Below are positions 1-9,674 of a stretch of DNA of 64,000 bases, piece by piece (within the stretch, counting starts at the first letter, position 1; each line of letters begins with the position of its first letter). A model generated the notes under the pieces. The model ran no database searches and was not told where the DNA came from. It saw only the letters and a list, made by a program, of their open reading frames with translations. Position numbers and translations under genes: made by a program. The DNA comes from an uncultured Verrucomicrobiaceae bacterium (GTDB taxonomy: Bacteria; Pseudomonadota; Gammaproteobacteria; Pseudomonadales; CAMLJR01). Location of the stretch: NCBI GenBank assembly GCA_964515735.1, contig CAZEVP010000004.1:961-64960 (forward strand), in the 5' to 3' direction.

Positions 1-346
1 CGGCGCGAGTGCAGCCGTGCAGCTTCACGCGGTGGCGAATCTCGCGGAACAGATCGCCGAACACGATCGCCTCCGGCTGCGCGTTGCGATCCGGGTGTTC
101 GAGGTCGATGCCGGTGAAGTCGAGCGCGGCGCGTTCGATGTTGGCACCGGCGAACGGTTCGACGTGGAAATCGAAGGTCTTCTCGATCTGCAGAACGCCG
201 TCGTCGCCCATCGTCAGCGTGGTGGCGGCGATTTCCAGCAGGGCGTCGGTGCGGCAGTTGAAGCCGCCGGTCTCGACGTCGATCACCACCGGCAGGAAGC
301 CGCGGAAGCGTTGTGCGAGCGAACTTTTAACGGTGGTCGAGCTCAT
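1..346 (-). CDS. rnt: Ribonuclease T, N-terminal ~115 codons (gene runs off the left edge)
   Basis: My own minus-strand translation from the ATG at 346 gives [44 protein letters not shown]... It has DEDD exonuclease motif I (VIDVETGG) and an RNase T-like N-terminus. There is an ATGA overlap with the pyrC stop. It is absent from the ORF track because it is open at the window edge. Confidence 0.75.
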   Translation of the reverse strand, partial: MSSTTVKSSLAQRFRGFLPVVIDVETGGFNCRTDALLEIAATTLTMGDDGVLQIEKTFDFHVEPFAGANIERAALDFTGIDLEHPDRNAQPEAIVFGDLFREIRHRVKLHGCTRA

Positions 347-1386
347 GCGCCGACAACCCGCCAGCCGATCGTTTCGCCGGCGCGCAGCGGCACCAGCGGT
401 TCGCTGCCGAGGCGGAACTGCTCCGGCACGGTCCAGTTTTCGCGCCGCAGCAGGATCGTGTCGCCGTTGCGCGGCAGGCCGTAGAAGTCGGGACCGAACA
501 GGCTGGCGAAGCCCTCCAGCCGGTCGAGCGCGCCGGCCTGCTCGAACGCCTCGGCATAGAGCTCGATGGCGGCGTGGGCGGTGAAGCAGCCGGCACAGCC
601 GCAGGCCGCCTCCTTTTTATTGCGCGCGTGCGGCGCCGAGTCGGTGCCGAGGAAGAACTTCGGGCTGCCGGAGGTAGCCGCCTCGATCAGCGCCTGCTGG
701 TGCGTGTTCCGTTTCAGGATCGGCAGGCAGTAGAAGTGCGGGCGGATGTTGCCGGCCAGCATGTGGTTGCGGTTGTAGAGCAGGTGGTGCGCGGTGATCG
801 TCGCTGCGACGGTGGCCGGCGCCTCGCGCACGAACTCGGCGGCATCGCGCGTGGTGATGTGCTCGAACACGATCTTCAGCGCCGGAAAGTCGGCGACGAC
901 ACGTTGCAGGTGGCGTTCGATGAAGATCTTCTCGCGGTCGAACACGTCGATGGCGGCGTCGGTCACCTCGCCATGGACCAGCAGCGGCAGCCCGACCTTC
1001 TGCATCGTCTCCAGCACCGGGTGGATGCGCTGCAGGTCGGTGACGCCGGAGTCGGAATTGGTGGTGGCGCCGGCCGGGTAGAGCTTGGCGGCGACGATGG
1101 CGCCGGAGGCTTTGGCCGCCTCGATCTCGGCCGGTGCCGTGTTGTCGGTCAGGTAGAGCACCATCAGCGGCTGCAGCTGGCGCGGGCAGTCGCGCTGGGC
1201 GGCGTCGATGCGCTCGCGGTAGGCCAGCGCCTGCGCCGCGGTCAGCACCGGCGGCACCAGATTGGGCATGACGATGGCGCGGCCGAAGTAGCGCGCCTGG
1301 GCCGGCACGGTGTCGCGCAGGGCATCGCCGTCGCGCAGGTGGACATGCCAGTCGTCAGGGCGGGTGATGCGGAGTTCTTTCATCAA
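343..1386 (-). CDS. pyrC: Dihydroorotase, homodimeric type
   Basis: The 347-aa ORF matches E. coli PyrC along its full length from memory ([60 protein letters not shown]). Confidence 0.93.
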   Translation of the reverse strand: MMKELRITRPDDWHVHLRDGDALRDTVPAQARYFGRAIVMPNLVPPVLTAAQALAYRERIDAAQRDCPRQLQPLMVLYLTDNTAPAEIEAAKASGAIVAAKLYPAGATTNSDSGVTDLQRIHPVLETMQKVGLPLLVHGEVTDAAIDVFDREKIFIERHLQRVVADFPALKIVFEHITTRDAAEFVREAPATVAATITAHHLLYNRNHMLAGNIRPHFYCLPILKRNTHQQALIEAATSGSPKFFLGTDSAPHARNKKEAACGCAGCFTAHAAIELYAEAFEQAGALDRLEGFASLFGPDFYGLPRNGDTILLRRENWTVPEQFRLGSEPLVPLRAGETIGWRVVGA

Positions 1387-1593
1387 AAGCGAATGTCCGG
1401 GAGGGCGGCGGCGGGAAAGCCGGCATGTTACCGATTCGGTAACAGGCGCGGAACCTCACGCGGCGGCTGTGGCCTCCGTCGCGCTTCAGCTCTTCCGCGT
1501 CCGGCCGATAGCTGGGGCTGTGTCTACGCTGTCTGGTGTCGGCATCTTCCGCGCGGCCGTCGCTGCCTTCAGCCACCCGAGGTCTGTTCCCGC

Positions 1594-2484
1594 ATGTTCG
1601 TCCCGATCCGATTCGGCCTGTTGTCGTTGCTGCTGGCCTCCGTGCCAGCCGCCGCGCTGAACTATCAGGCGTCGCTGGATGGGGCCGACTGGAAGGTCGA
1701 GCGGGCGTCGCAGAGCTGTCGCCTGCGCCAGTCCATCCCGCACTTCGGGGCTGCCGTCATCGAGACCAGTGGTGGCGGTGAGCGCTTCTTTCTGCAGCTG
1801 GCGGCCGACCGGCCGCTGCCGATGATGCCGGGCAGTGCCCAGCTGGCGGCGGCGGCCCCGTTCTGGAACCCCGGGCGCGAAGCCCGTCCGCTCGGCAGTG
1901 TCGCGGTCGCCGCTGGCGACCGTCTGGTCGACATCGAGGGCGATCAGGTCGGGCAGCTGCTGCGCGGGCTGAAGGAGGGGCTGGCGGCGGCGGTCATCGG
2001 CCGTACGCGCGACGGCGCGGCCGAGGTGCAGGTGGTCGCGCTGCCGGTCCACTTCGAGCGAGCCTGGCGCGAATACGACGCCTGTGTGCAGAAGCTGCCG
2101 CCGGCGCCGCGTCCACTGGTGGCGGTCAGGCCCGCTGCTGCCGTCGCCACCGTCGCGGCCGCCAGCCCGGTGCGTACCGACGCCGGCTCCGGGGGAGTGA
2201 AGCTCGACTACGCGCCCGGCGAATGGCAGCTGCAGCCATCGCAGCGAGCCGCGCTGCAGGGCGTGTTGCAGTTGCTGCTGGCCGATTCATCGCTGCGGGT
2301 GTCGGTCGACGGCTACGGCAACGACAGCTATCGCCGGCTGCTGAACCTGGAGCTGTCGCGCAAGCGGGCGCAGGCGGTCGGGGATCTGCTGACGGCGGGT
2401 GGCGTCGACGCCGGGCGGATCGCGCTGCGGTTTCACGGTGACGAGAAGTCCAGCGCGCGCCGCGTCGTCGTGAAGGTGGAGTGA
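1594..2484 (+). CDS. MotY-like OmpA-family protein (signal peptide, MotY-N-like domain, OmpA-like C-terminus)
   Basis: This is the last 296 codons of ORF 574..2484, from the ATG at 1594 (MFVPIRFGLLSLLLASVPAAA signal peptide). The N-domain pattern W.VE.S...CRL.Q.IP.FG resembles MotY. The C-terminus (GYGNDS..LNLELSRKRAQAV...L) is OmpA/MotB-like. Adjacency to pyrC-rnt matches what I recall from Pseudomonas. Confidence 0.6.
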   Translation: MFVPIRFGLLSLLLASVPAAALNYQASLDGADWKVERASQSCRLRQSIPHFGAAVIETSGGGERFFLQLAADRPLPMMPGSAQLAAAAPFWNPGREARPLGSVAVAAGDRLVDIEGDQVGQLLRGLKEGLAAAVIGRTRDGAAEVQVVALPVHFERAWREYDACVQKLPPAPRPLVAVRPAAAVATVAAASPVRTDAGSGGVKLDYAPGEWQLQPSQRAALQGVLQLLLADSSLRVSVDGYGNDSYRRLLNLELSRKRAQAVGDLLTAGGVDAGRIALRFHGDEKSSARRVVVKVE

Positions 2485-2492
2485 GGTTCGCC

Positions 2493-3059
2493 TCAGCCGT
2501 TGCGGCGGGGGTTGTAGATCGCGCCGCCGCCGTCGGCGTAACGCCGCATCACGGCTTGTGCCGCCTCCCTGCTCAGACCGGTTTCGACGCGGATGCCACG
2601 CTTGGCGAAGGCATCGATCCAGCGTTCCGGTTTCGGCCCTTCGTCGAAGCCGATGGTGCGGGCATCGGCATCGCCGGCGCCGCACAGCAGGCGGTCGATG
2701 CCGCTCCACATCAGCGCGCCCATGCACATCAGGCACGGCTCGCAGCTGCTGGCCAGCACCAGATCGCGGCCGCCGAGATCGAAATCCCCCAGTTTCTGCT
2801 GTGCCAGCAGGATGGCCAGCGTCTCCGCGTGCCACAGCGACGAGCCGCCGCTGACGACCAGATTGCAGGTGGCGCTCAGCAACTCGCCGTCGGCGGCGAA
2901 GATCGCGGCGCCGAACGGGCCGCTGTCGTGCTCGATGCTCAATGCGCTCAGTGCGATGGCCAGATCGATGCGGGCGGCATCGCTGTCGTGGTGGCGCGGC
3001 TGCGCGTCGATGAACCGGCGCAGCCATGCCGGCTGTTCGAAATGAAAGAGCGTGGACAT
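2493..3059 (-). CDS. Nucleoside/nucleotide deaminase (CDA zinc-binding fold; guanine deaminase or TadA-like)
   Basis: HAE (HAETLAI) and PCxxC (PCLMCMGAL) zinc motifs are present. I set the start at M18 of the track ORF (MSTLFHF) because a GGAGG lies about 7 nt upstream. Confidence 0.78.
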   Translation of the reverse strand: MSTLFHFEQPAWLRRFIDAQPRHHDSDAARIDLAIALSALSIEHDSGPFGAAIFAADGELLSATCNLVVSGGSSLWHAETLAILLAQQKLGDFDLGGRDLVLASSCEPCLMCMGALMWSGIDRLLCGAGDADARTIGFDEGPKPERWIDAFAKRGIRVETGLSREAAQAVMRRYADGGGAIYNPRRNG

Positions 3060-3134
3060 TCGCTTGCCTCCGTCGGGGCTGGTCATTAATATACGCGCCC
3101 TTCGACCCACCCCTGTTGGGGGTGTCAGAGACCC

Positions 3135-3225
<91 letters not shown>

Positions 3226-3229
3226 ATAC

Positions 3230-3258
3230 AAAAAACCCGGCTTTAAGCCGGGTTTTTT
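3230..3258 (+). terminator. Rho-independent terminator after tRNA-Ser (bidirectional shape, A-run and T-run)
   Basis: Sequence AAAAAACCCGGC-TTTAA-GCCGGGTTTTTT: a GC stem followed by T6, with an A6 run on the other side. Confidence 0.8.
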
Positions 3259-3263
3259 GTATA

Positions 3264-3293
3264 TGGCGGAGAGGGAGGGTAAGAGAACCCTCG
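3264..3293 (-). repeat. Inverted partial copy of the tRNA-Ser 3' end (acceptor 3' strand plus degenerate T arm)
   Basis: 3264-3279 is the exact reverse complement of tRNA positions 3209-3224. 3285-3293 (GAACCCTCG) matches the reverse complement of the T-stem region 3196-3204. The 5 nt between the two differ. Confidence 0.85.
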
Positions 3294-3427
3294 CCAGGGT
3301 TCGACAAAACTGCAAAGCAGTTTTGGACGCCCGGAGCGAAGCGACGGCGCCCCGAAGGGGCGAGTGGGCGAAGCCCACGAGTCAATCCCGTCTCCCCGTT
3401 GGCACCGTGGCCTGCCAACGAGATTTT

Positions 3428-3976
3428 TTATCTGCCAACAAACTCCTCCACCGCCACCACCTCCCCATAAGCAAACGCCAACCCCGCCATGAACGCCGCG
3501 TGAACCTGCTCTGCCGGCACCACCAACCCACCGAACTCCAGATCGCGCGTCGCACAGGCATCGTGAACGACGACCGTGGCGTAGCCGAAATCGGCGGCAG
3601 CGCGGCTGGTCGCGTCGATGCACATATGGCTCATCGCGCCGACGATCACTACCTCGACGACACCGCTCGCATCGAGCAGCTGTTTCAACGCAGTGTCGCG
3701 AAAGGCGTTGGGATGATGCTTGACGACGACCGGCTCGCCGTCGAGCGGCCGCACGGCGACATTGATCTGCGCGCCGTCCGAGCCGGGAACGAAGAACGGC
3801 GCATCGGGCGCCGGAATCTCGTGCCGGCAGTGGATGACCGCATCGCCCCTCGAACGCGCGACGGCGATCACGCGGGCCGCGTTGGCCAGCGCATTCCCGA
3901 TGCCGGCGAGCGGCAGTTTCCCTGACGGCAAATATTCGTTCTGCAGATCGACGACGACAACCGCACGCTTGCTCAT
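3428..3976 (-). CDS. Isochorismatase-family cysteine hydrolase
   Basis: Motifs MSKRAVVVVDLQNEY..., VVKHHPNAF and VVIVGAMSHMCIDATSR fit the catalytic D/K/C pattern of isochorismatase-like hydrolases. The start is trimmed to M16 of the track ORF. Confidence 0.82.
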   Translation of the reverse strand: MSKRAVVVVDLQNEYLPSGKLPLAGIGNALANAARVIAVARSRGDAVIHCRHEIPAPDAPFFVPGSDGAQINVAVRPLDGEPVVVKHHPNAFRDTALKQLLDASGVVEVVIVGAMSHMCIDATSRAAADFGYATVVVHDACATRDLEFGGLVVPAEQVHAAFMAGLAFAYGEVVAVEEFVGR

Positions 3977-4082
3977 CGGATTCCCCCTGTCTGGATGCGC
4001 GAAGTGATTTCCGGAGATCATGCGGCGCGAAACGGATCGCCGACATGGGCGATGCCGACAAAACAGGGGGCGATAGCGACAG

Positions 4083-5054
4083 ATGGCGCGAGTCGATCCG
4101 ACCGAGATCGGTCTGGTGATCTATCCCGGCGCGCAGCAGGCGGCGGTGCTCGGCCTGACCGATCTGTTCGTCGTCGCCGAGCGGCTGGCGACGCAGCATC
4201 GGCAACAGCCAGCGAGCCCGCTGCGGGTCAGCCACTGGCAGATCGACGCGCCGGGGCAGCCGCCGACCCGCCATTTCGATACCGCGCCGGGCAGCGGCGG
4301 CGCGCCCGCCGTGCTGATTCTGCCGCCGAGCCTCGACGATCCGCCGTCGCCGCAGACGGCGGCGCCTTTCAACGACTGGTTGCGCGCCTGCCACGCTGCC
4401 GGCGTCACGCTCGGCTCGGTCTGCGCCGGGGTGTTCCTGCTCGGCGAGACCGGCCTGCTGGGCGGCCGGACGGTGACGACGCACTGGATCTACGGCGAAC
4501 CGTTCCAGCTGCGCTTTCCGGCGGTTCGCGCCGACACCGACCGGCTCGTCATCGACGACGGCGACATCATCACCGCCGGCGGCGTCATGGCGTGGGTGGA
4601 TCTGGGCCTGAAGCTGGTCGATCGCTTCCTGGGGCCGACGGTCATGATCGAGACGGCGCGGCTGCTGCTGGTCGACCCGCCCGGTCGCGAGCAGCGCTAC
4701 TACAGCACCTTCTCGCCACGGCTGACGCACGGCGATGCGGCCGTGCTGAAAGTGCAGCACTGGCTGCAGGCGACCGACGCCGGCGAGACCGCGCTGGCGG
4801 TGCTCGCCGCACAGGCCGGGCTGGAGGAGCGGACCTTTCTGCGCCGGTTCCGGCGGGCGACCGGGCTGACGACCACGGAGTATTGCCAGCGGCTGCGCGT
4901 CGGCAAGGCGCGCGAGCTGCTGCAGTTCAGCACGCTCTCCGTCGACCGGGTCGCGTGGGAGGTCGGCTATGGCGACCCGGGCGCGTTCCGCAAGGTGTTC
5001 GCGCGCATCGTCGGCCTGACGCCCGGCGAATATCGGCGCCGTTTCGGCGCCTGA
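4083..5054 (+). CDS. GlxA-family transcriptional regulator (DJ-1/PfpI-like N-domain + AraC HTH)
   Basis: The N-terminal GATase1-like region includes [17 protein letters not shown]. The C-terminal AraC-type HTH includes [30 protein letters not shown]. It is divergent from the isochorismatase gene, which is a common pairing. Confidence 0.85.
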   Translation: MARVDPTEIGLVIYPGAQQAAVLGLTDLFVVAERLATQHRQQPASPLRVSHWQIDAPGQPPTRHFDTAPGSGGAPAVLILPPSLDDPPSPQTAAPFNDWLRACHAAGVTLGSVCAGVFLLGETGLLGGRTVTTHWIYGEPFQLRFPAVRADTDRLVIDDGDIITAGGVMAWVDLGLKLVDRFLGPTVMIETARLLLVDPPGREQRYYSTFSPRLTHGDAAVLKVQHWLQATDAGETALAVLAAQAGLEERTFLRRFRRATGLTTTEYCQRLRVGKARELLQFSTLSVDRVAWEVGYGDPGAFRKVFARIVGLTPGEYRRRFGA

Positions 5055-5443
5055 CGTGCACGGCCATGCGGCTGCGTCGCGCGGGTCTCTTCGACGCGCA
5101 TTTGAAGTGTGTGAAGATGCCGCGCCCGGGACTCGGGCAGCCGTGGCAACTATTCACCATCGTTGACCAAATACGAGGCTGCGTAGTAGGCTGGCCAACC
5201 CCTCGGCCCCGGTCGGATCGCTGCATTTCGCGGGTTTTTCTTGCGATCCGCGGGTTCTCCCGAAGCGGGGCGCGACGACTCGGGACGGCGCCGCGCCTGC
5301 CGGAGAATCAGAGATCGCAGGGCTCAGATAATCACTCATTCATTCGGTCGATGGCGTCATCCATCATGTCCCGTTCGGGATGCGAGTCCGGTGGCGCTTC
5401 GTCGACGTAAGCAACCTGCTCATCAAGTCGGAGTCACCCCACG

Positions 5444-7654
5444 ATGAATTTCGAGCTATCCGAAGACCAGCGGATGATGCGCGAGTCGTTCGCGCGTTTT
5501 CTTGACGATCAGAGCAGCACCGTGCGCGTGCGCGCTGCCGCCGAGAAGGGCGGCTTCGATGCCGAGTTGTGGAGTGGCCTCGCCGAGCTGGGCGCGTTCG
5601 GCCTGCGCGTGCCGGAGGAATCCGGCGGCCTCGGGCTCGGTCTGATGGACGCGGCCGTCCTGCTCGAAGAAGCCGGCCGCACGCTGGTCTCCGGTCCGCT
5701 GGCCGAGGCGCTGGTCGCCGCGCGCGTCGTCGCGCTGCTCGGTGGCGACAAGCAGGGTGAACTGCTCGAAAGCATCATCGGTGGCGCAGCCGTCGTCACC
5801 ATCGCCTTCCACGACGTCGCGCAGGCACCGCTGCAGTGGGTGGCCGGCGGCGCCGTTGCCGACGCGATCGTCGCCCGCGATGGCGACAAGGTCGTGCTGG
5901 TGAAACTGCCGGCCGGCGAGTGCGGTGAATCGAACCTGGCGTCGACGCCGATCGCCGAACTGGCACTGAATGCCGGTGAGCGCGTCGTGCTCGGCGAAGG
6001 CGCTGATGCGCTGAAGGTATTCGCGCAGGCACTCGAAGAGTGGAAGTTGCTGATGGCTGTCGCGCTGTCGGGCCTGTCGCGCGAAGCGATCCGCCTCGCC
6101 GCCGCCTATGCCTGCGAGCGCGAAGCGTTTGGCCAGAAGATCGGCACCTATCAGGCGCTGTCGCATCCGCTCGCCGACCTGATCACCGAAACCGACGGCG
6201 GCAAACTGCTGACCTGGAAAGCGATCCACGACATCGCCAAAGGGCTGCCGGAAGCGGCCTCCGAAATTTCGCTGACGATCTGGTGGAACGCCGAAACCGC
6301 CGGTCGTGCGGTGACGCAAGCGCTGCACACCTTCGGCGGTTACGGTCTCGCTACCGAATATGACGTGCACCTGTACAACCTGCGCGCCAAGGCGTGGCCG
6401 CTGGTCTACGGCGATCCAACCGATTTCCTCGCCGAAGCGGGCCGCCGTCTCTACGCCGGTGAAACCGCCGAGCTGCCGGACGTCGGCGCCGTCGAACTCG
6501 ACTTCGATCTCGGCGACGACGCGCGTGCCCTGGCGAAAGAGCTCGACGATTTCTTCAACGAGACGCTGACCCCCGAACTGCGCGCGAAAGCGCACTACTC
6601 GTTCGACGGTTACGACGCCGGCGTGCACAAGAAACTGGCCGAGCGCAATTTCCTGTTCCCGGCCTGGCCGAAAGAGTACGGCGGCCGCGAAGCCGAACCG
6701 TATGTGCTGAACGCCTTCCGCGCGGTGTGGGAAAAACATGGCTGGACCACGCACCCGGTCAGCACCACCGACCTGGTCGGCACGATGATCCGCAAGGCCG
6801 GCAACGACGAGCTGAAGCAGGAAGTGCTGACCAAGATCATGAGCGGCGACGCCGTCTGCAGCCTCGGCTACTCCGAGCCGGGTTGCGGCTCCGATGTGTT
6901 CGCGGCGAAAACCAAAGCGACGCAGCTGCCCGACGGTTCGTGGCGCATCGACGGCGCCAAGATGTGGACCTCCGGTGCCAACATCGCCAACTACGTGCTG
7001 ATGCTGACCCGCACCAACCCCGATGTGCCGAAGCACAAGGGCCTCACCATGTTCGTGGTGCCGCTCAACACGCCGGGCATCGAGATCCACCCCGTCTACA
7101 CCTTCCAGGATGAGCGCACCAACGCCACCTTCTACGACAACGTGGTGATCCCCGATCGCTATCGCCTCGGCCCGGTCGATGGCGGCGTCAAGGTGATGGC
7201 GGCGGCGCTTGAACTCGAACACGGTGGCGGCTTCAACAAGAGCCAGCGCGCGATGACCGTCGCTGCTGAACATCTCTGCCGCGAAGTGCAGAAAGACGGT
7301 CGCCCGCTGATCGAGCAGAGCGATGCACAGAAACGTCTGGCGCGTACCTGGGCGCACTTCTTCATCTCCGAAGTGCTGGCCAACCGTGCGCTGTGGGTCG
7401 GCGTCAACAAGCTGGAGAATCTCGCCTACGGTCCGATGATCAAGATGTTCTCGTCGGAGAAATTCCAGTCCGATTCGCGCGACCTGCTGCACCTGACCGC
7501 GCCGCACTCGCTGTCGAAACGCCACGGTCCGGCCGGCGAGCTGAACCTCGCCTATCGCCATGCCCACGGCACGACGATCTACGGCGGCACCAGCGAAGTT
7601 CACCGCAGCATGATCGCCGAGCGCGCGCTCGGCCTGCCGCGTTCGCGCGGTTGA
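5444..7654 (+). CDS. Fused two-module acyl-CoA dehydrogenase (beta-like N-half + alpha-like C-half)
   Basis: The 736-aa product has an N-half with the ACAD fold but no obvious GxSEPxxGSD motif. The C-half has GYSEPGCGSDV, WTSGA and the C-terminal IYGGTSEVHRSMIAERALGLP motif. Confidence 0.85.
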   Translation: MNFELSEDQRMMRESFARFLDDQSSTVRVRAAAEKGGFDAELWSGLAELGAFGLRVPEESGGLGLGLMDAAVLLEEAGRTLVSGPLAEALVAARVVALLGGDKQGELLESIIGGAAVVTIAFHDVAQAPLQWVAGGAVADAIVARDGDKVVLVKLPAGECGESNLASTPIAELALNAGERVVLGEGADALKVFAQALEEWKLLMAVALSGLSREAIRLAAAYACEREAFGQKIGTYQALSHPLADLITETDGGKLLTWKAIHDIAKGLPEAASEISLTIWWNAETAGRAVTQALHTFGGYGLATEYDVHLYNLRAKAWPLVYGDPTDFLAEAGRRLYAGETAELPDVGAVELDFDLGDDARALAKELDDFFNETLTPELRAKAHYSFDGYDAGVHKKLAERNFLFPAWPKEYGGREAEPYVLNAFRAVWEKHGWTTHPVSTTDLVGTMIRKAGNDELKQEVLTKIMSGDAVCSLGYSEPGCGSDVFAAKTKATQLPDGSWRIDGAKMWTSGANIANYVLMLTRTNPDVPKHKGLTMFVVPLNTPGIEIHPVYTFQDERTNATFYDNVVIPDRYRLGPVDGGVKVMAAALELEHGGGFNKSQRAMTVAAEHLCREVQKDGRPLIEQSDAQKRLARTWAHFFISEVLANRALWVGVNKLENLAYGPMIKMFSSEKFQSDSRDLLHLTAPHSLSKRHGPAGELNLAYRHAHGTTIYGGTSEVHRSMIAERALGLPRSRG

Positions 7655-7667
7655 GGAGGGGGTGACC

Positions 7668-8480
7668 ATGACCGAAGCTCCGCACCTGCTGGTTGCCGAA
7701 GAGGGCGCGATCCTCATCTGCACCCTGAACCGTCCCGACAAACTGAACGCGCTGACCGGCCAGACCATGGCGCTGTTCGAGCAAGCGCTGCACCGCTTCC
7801 GCGATACGCCGGAACTGAAGGTGATGCTGATCCGCGCCACCGGCCGCTATTTCTGCGCCGGTGCCGATTTGCGCGACCGCTCCGACGAGCCGGCGCAGCC
7901 GGCGCGTACCGGCACTGACATTCGCGAGAAACACCGCCTGCGCCTGCACGGTATGCACCGCATCTACGACGAGATGGAGCACATCGAGAAACCGATCGTC
8001 GTCGCGCATCACGCCGCCTGCGTCGGCGGTGGTCTCGAACTGTCGCTGTCGTGCGATTTCCGCCTCGCCGCCAGGAGCGCCAGCTACGCCTTCCCCGAGG
8101 GCAAGTTCGGCACGCTGCCGGCGTCGAACGGCGTCAGCCGTCTCGCCCGCATCATCGGTACGCACTGGACCCGCTACCTGATCATGGCCAACCTGCCGGC
8201 CGACGCCGACCGCGCCTACGTCATGGGTCTGGTGCACGAAGTCTTCCCGGACGAGACGTTCGAGGAGGATGTGATGAAGTTCGTCCGCCATCTCGCGCAG
8301 CAGCACGCCGAGCAGATGGGCACCGCCAAGCTCGCCATCGAACTGGCGCACGACGTCGGTCTGGCGCAGGCGCGCAACGTCGAGCGCCTCGCCAACAGCG
8401 CGCTGATGCTGAACCCCGACTACCTCGCCGGTATCGAGCGCCACATCGGCAGCATCGGTTCGAAAGGCAAGAGCGAGTAA
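7668..8480 (+). CDS. Enoyl-CoA hydratase/isomerase (crotonase) family
   Basis: Motifs LNRPDKLNAL, FCAGADL and GGGLELSLSCD are present. I prefer the ATG at 7668 (GGAGGGGG about 7 nt upstream) over the GTG at 7662. Confidence 0.88.
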   Translation: MTEAPHLLVAEEGAILICTLNRPDKLNALTGQTMALFEQALHRFRDTPELKVMLIRATGRYFCAGADLRDRSDEPAQPARTGTDIREKHRLRLHGMHRIYDEMEHIEKPIVVAHHAACVGGGLELSLSCDFRLAARSASYAFPEGKFGTLPASNGVSRLARIIGTHWTRYLIMANLPADADRAYVMGLVHEVFPDETFEEDVMKFVRHLAQQHAEQMGTAKLAIELAHDVGLAQARNVERLANSALMLNPDYLAGIERHIGSIGSKGKSE

Positions 8481-8537
8481 GACCCGAATATCGCGGGGCG
8501 CCCGCCCCGCCGATCTGACCAACCCGGAACAGACCCG

Positions 8538-9674
8538 ATGGATTTTTCCTGGAATGCAGAACAGCTGGCCTTTCGCGCCACCGTTCGCGATTTTCTGAAA
8601 GCCAATCTCCCCGCCGACTGGGAAGCGCTGGCGCACGGTCCGGCGTCGAAGGAGCAGACCTCCTTCGCCCGCACCTTTTGCGGTGCCCTCGCCAAAGAGG
8701 GGCTGCTGATACCGCACTGGCCGGCGCGCTGGGGCGGTCGCGATGCCGACCCGTGGATCTCGTTCATCCTCGCCGAAGAGATGTGGATGGCCGGCGAGCC
8801 GCGCGGCGGCCAGTACATGAACGTCAACTGGATCGGCCCGACGCTGATGCGCTTTGGCTCGGAAGAGCAGCAGCAGCGCTACATCCCGCCGATGGCGCGC
8901 GGCGAGACGATCTGGTGTCAGGGTTTTTCCGAGCCGGAGGCCGGCTCGGATCTCGCTTCGTTGCGCACCCGCGCCGAGCGCGACGGTGATATCTACCGCA
9001 TCAACGGCCAGAAGATCTGGACCTCGTATGCCGGCGATGCCGAGACCTGCTTCCTGCTGGCGCGCACCTCGCCGGGCAAGGGCGGCATCTCGATCTTCCT
9101 GCTGCCGATGGATACGCCCGGCATCACCGTGCGCAACATTCCGAGCATCATCGGCGACGGTGACATCCACGAAGTGTTCTTCGACGACGTTGAGGTACCG
9201 GTCAGCGCGCGCCTCGGCGAAGAGGGGCAGGCGTGGGAGATCGTGCGCATCTCGCTGTCGCTGGAGCGCGTCGGTATTCCGCGCTTCGCGCTGGCCTCGC
9301 GCATGTTGCATCGCGCCGTCGCTCTGCTGAAGAAGGCCGGTCGCTTCACGCCGGGTGTTGCCGAACAGGCGGCCAAGGCACACGCGGCCTGCGAAGTGTC
9401 GCGCCTCTACAGTTACAGCATCATCGACCAGCGCGTGCACGGTCAGGCGACCAGCCCCGAGGCCAGCGCCGGCCGTTTCTCGACGGTCATCTGCGAGCGT
9501 CTCGTCGCCGAGTTCGTTGTCGAACATGTGCCCGAATCGCTGGCCGGTGGCGATCCGTTGCTGCTGGCGCACCACCAGCGCGGCATCGTCGCCGGCATCG
9601 CTTCCGGTGCTGCCGAAATCCAGCTCAACCTGATTGCCACCGAACTGCTGCAACTGCCACGGGAGCCGCGCTGA
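8538..9674 (+). CDS. Acyl-CoA dehydrogenase, alpha-type subunit
   Basis: Motifs GFSEPEAGSDLASL, WTSYA and the C-terminal GAAEIQLNLIA are present. It is translationally coupled to the next ORF by a TGATG overlap. Confidence 0.88.
   Translation: MDFSWNAEQLAFRATVRDFLKANLPADWEALAHGPASKEQTSFARTFCGALAKEGLLIPHWPARWGGRDADPWISFILAEEMWMAGEPRGGQYMNVNWIGPTLMRFGSEEQQQRYIPPMARGETIWCQGFSEPEAGSDLASLRTRAERDGDIYRINGQKIWTSYAGDAETCFLLARTSPGKGGISIFLLPMDTPGITVRNIPSIIGDGDIHEVFFDDVEVPVSARLGEEGQAWEIVRISLSLERVGIPRFALASRMLHRAVALLKKAGRFTPGVAEQAAKAHAACEVSRLYSYSIIDQRVHGQATSPEASAGRFSTVICERLVAEFVVEHVPESLAGGDPLLLAHHQRGIVAGIASGAAEIQLNLIATELLQLPREPR

Noticed and set aside
574-1593. The N-terminal 340 codons of track ORF 574..2484, which would make a 636-aa protein.
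   Set aside because: This part is antisense to pyrC and has a low-complexity translation. A signal peptide and a sensible start occur at 1594, so only the last 296 codons were called.
3264-3360. A possible second, convergent tRNA gene on the minus strand downstream of tRNA-Ser.
   Set aside because: Only the acceptor 3' strand and a degenerate T arm (8-nt loop) are present. I could fold no anticodon arm with a 7-nt loop and no 5' acceptor strand. I treat it as a fragment or repeat, not a gene.
5456-7840. A 794-aa minus-strand ORF. Similar very long antisense ORFs include 19741..21567, 21363..23837, 29498..32065, 43561..46167, 52723..55200, 3243..4760 and 7440..9653.
   Set aside because: They lie antisense to ORFs with clear family motifs. 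Their translations are Arg/Ala/Gly/Pro-rich low-complexity sequences with no recognisable motifs. These are typical shadow ORFs of high-GC DNA.
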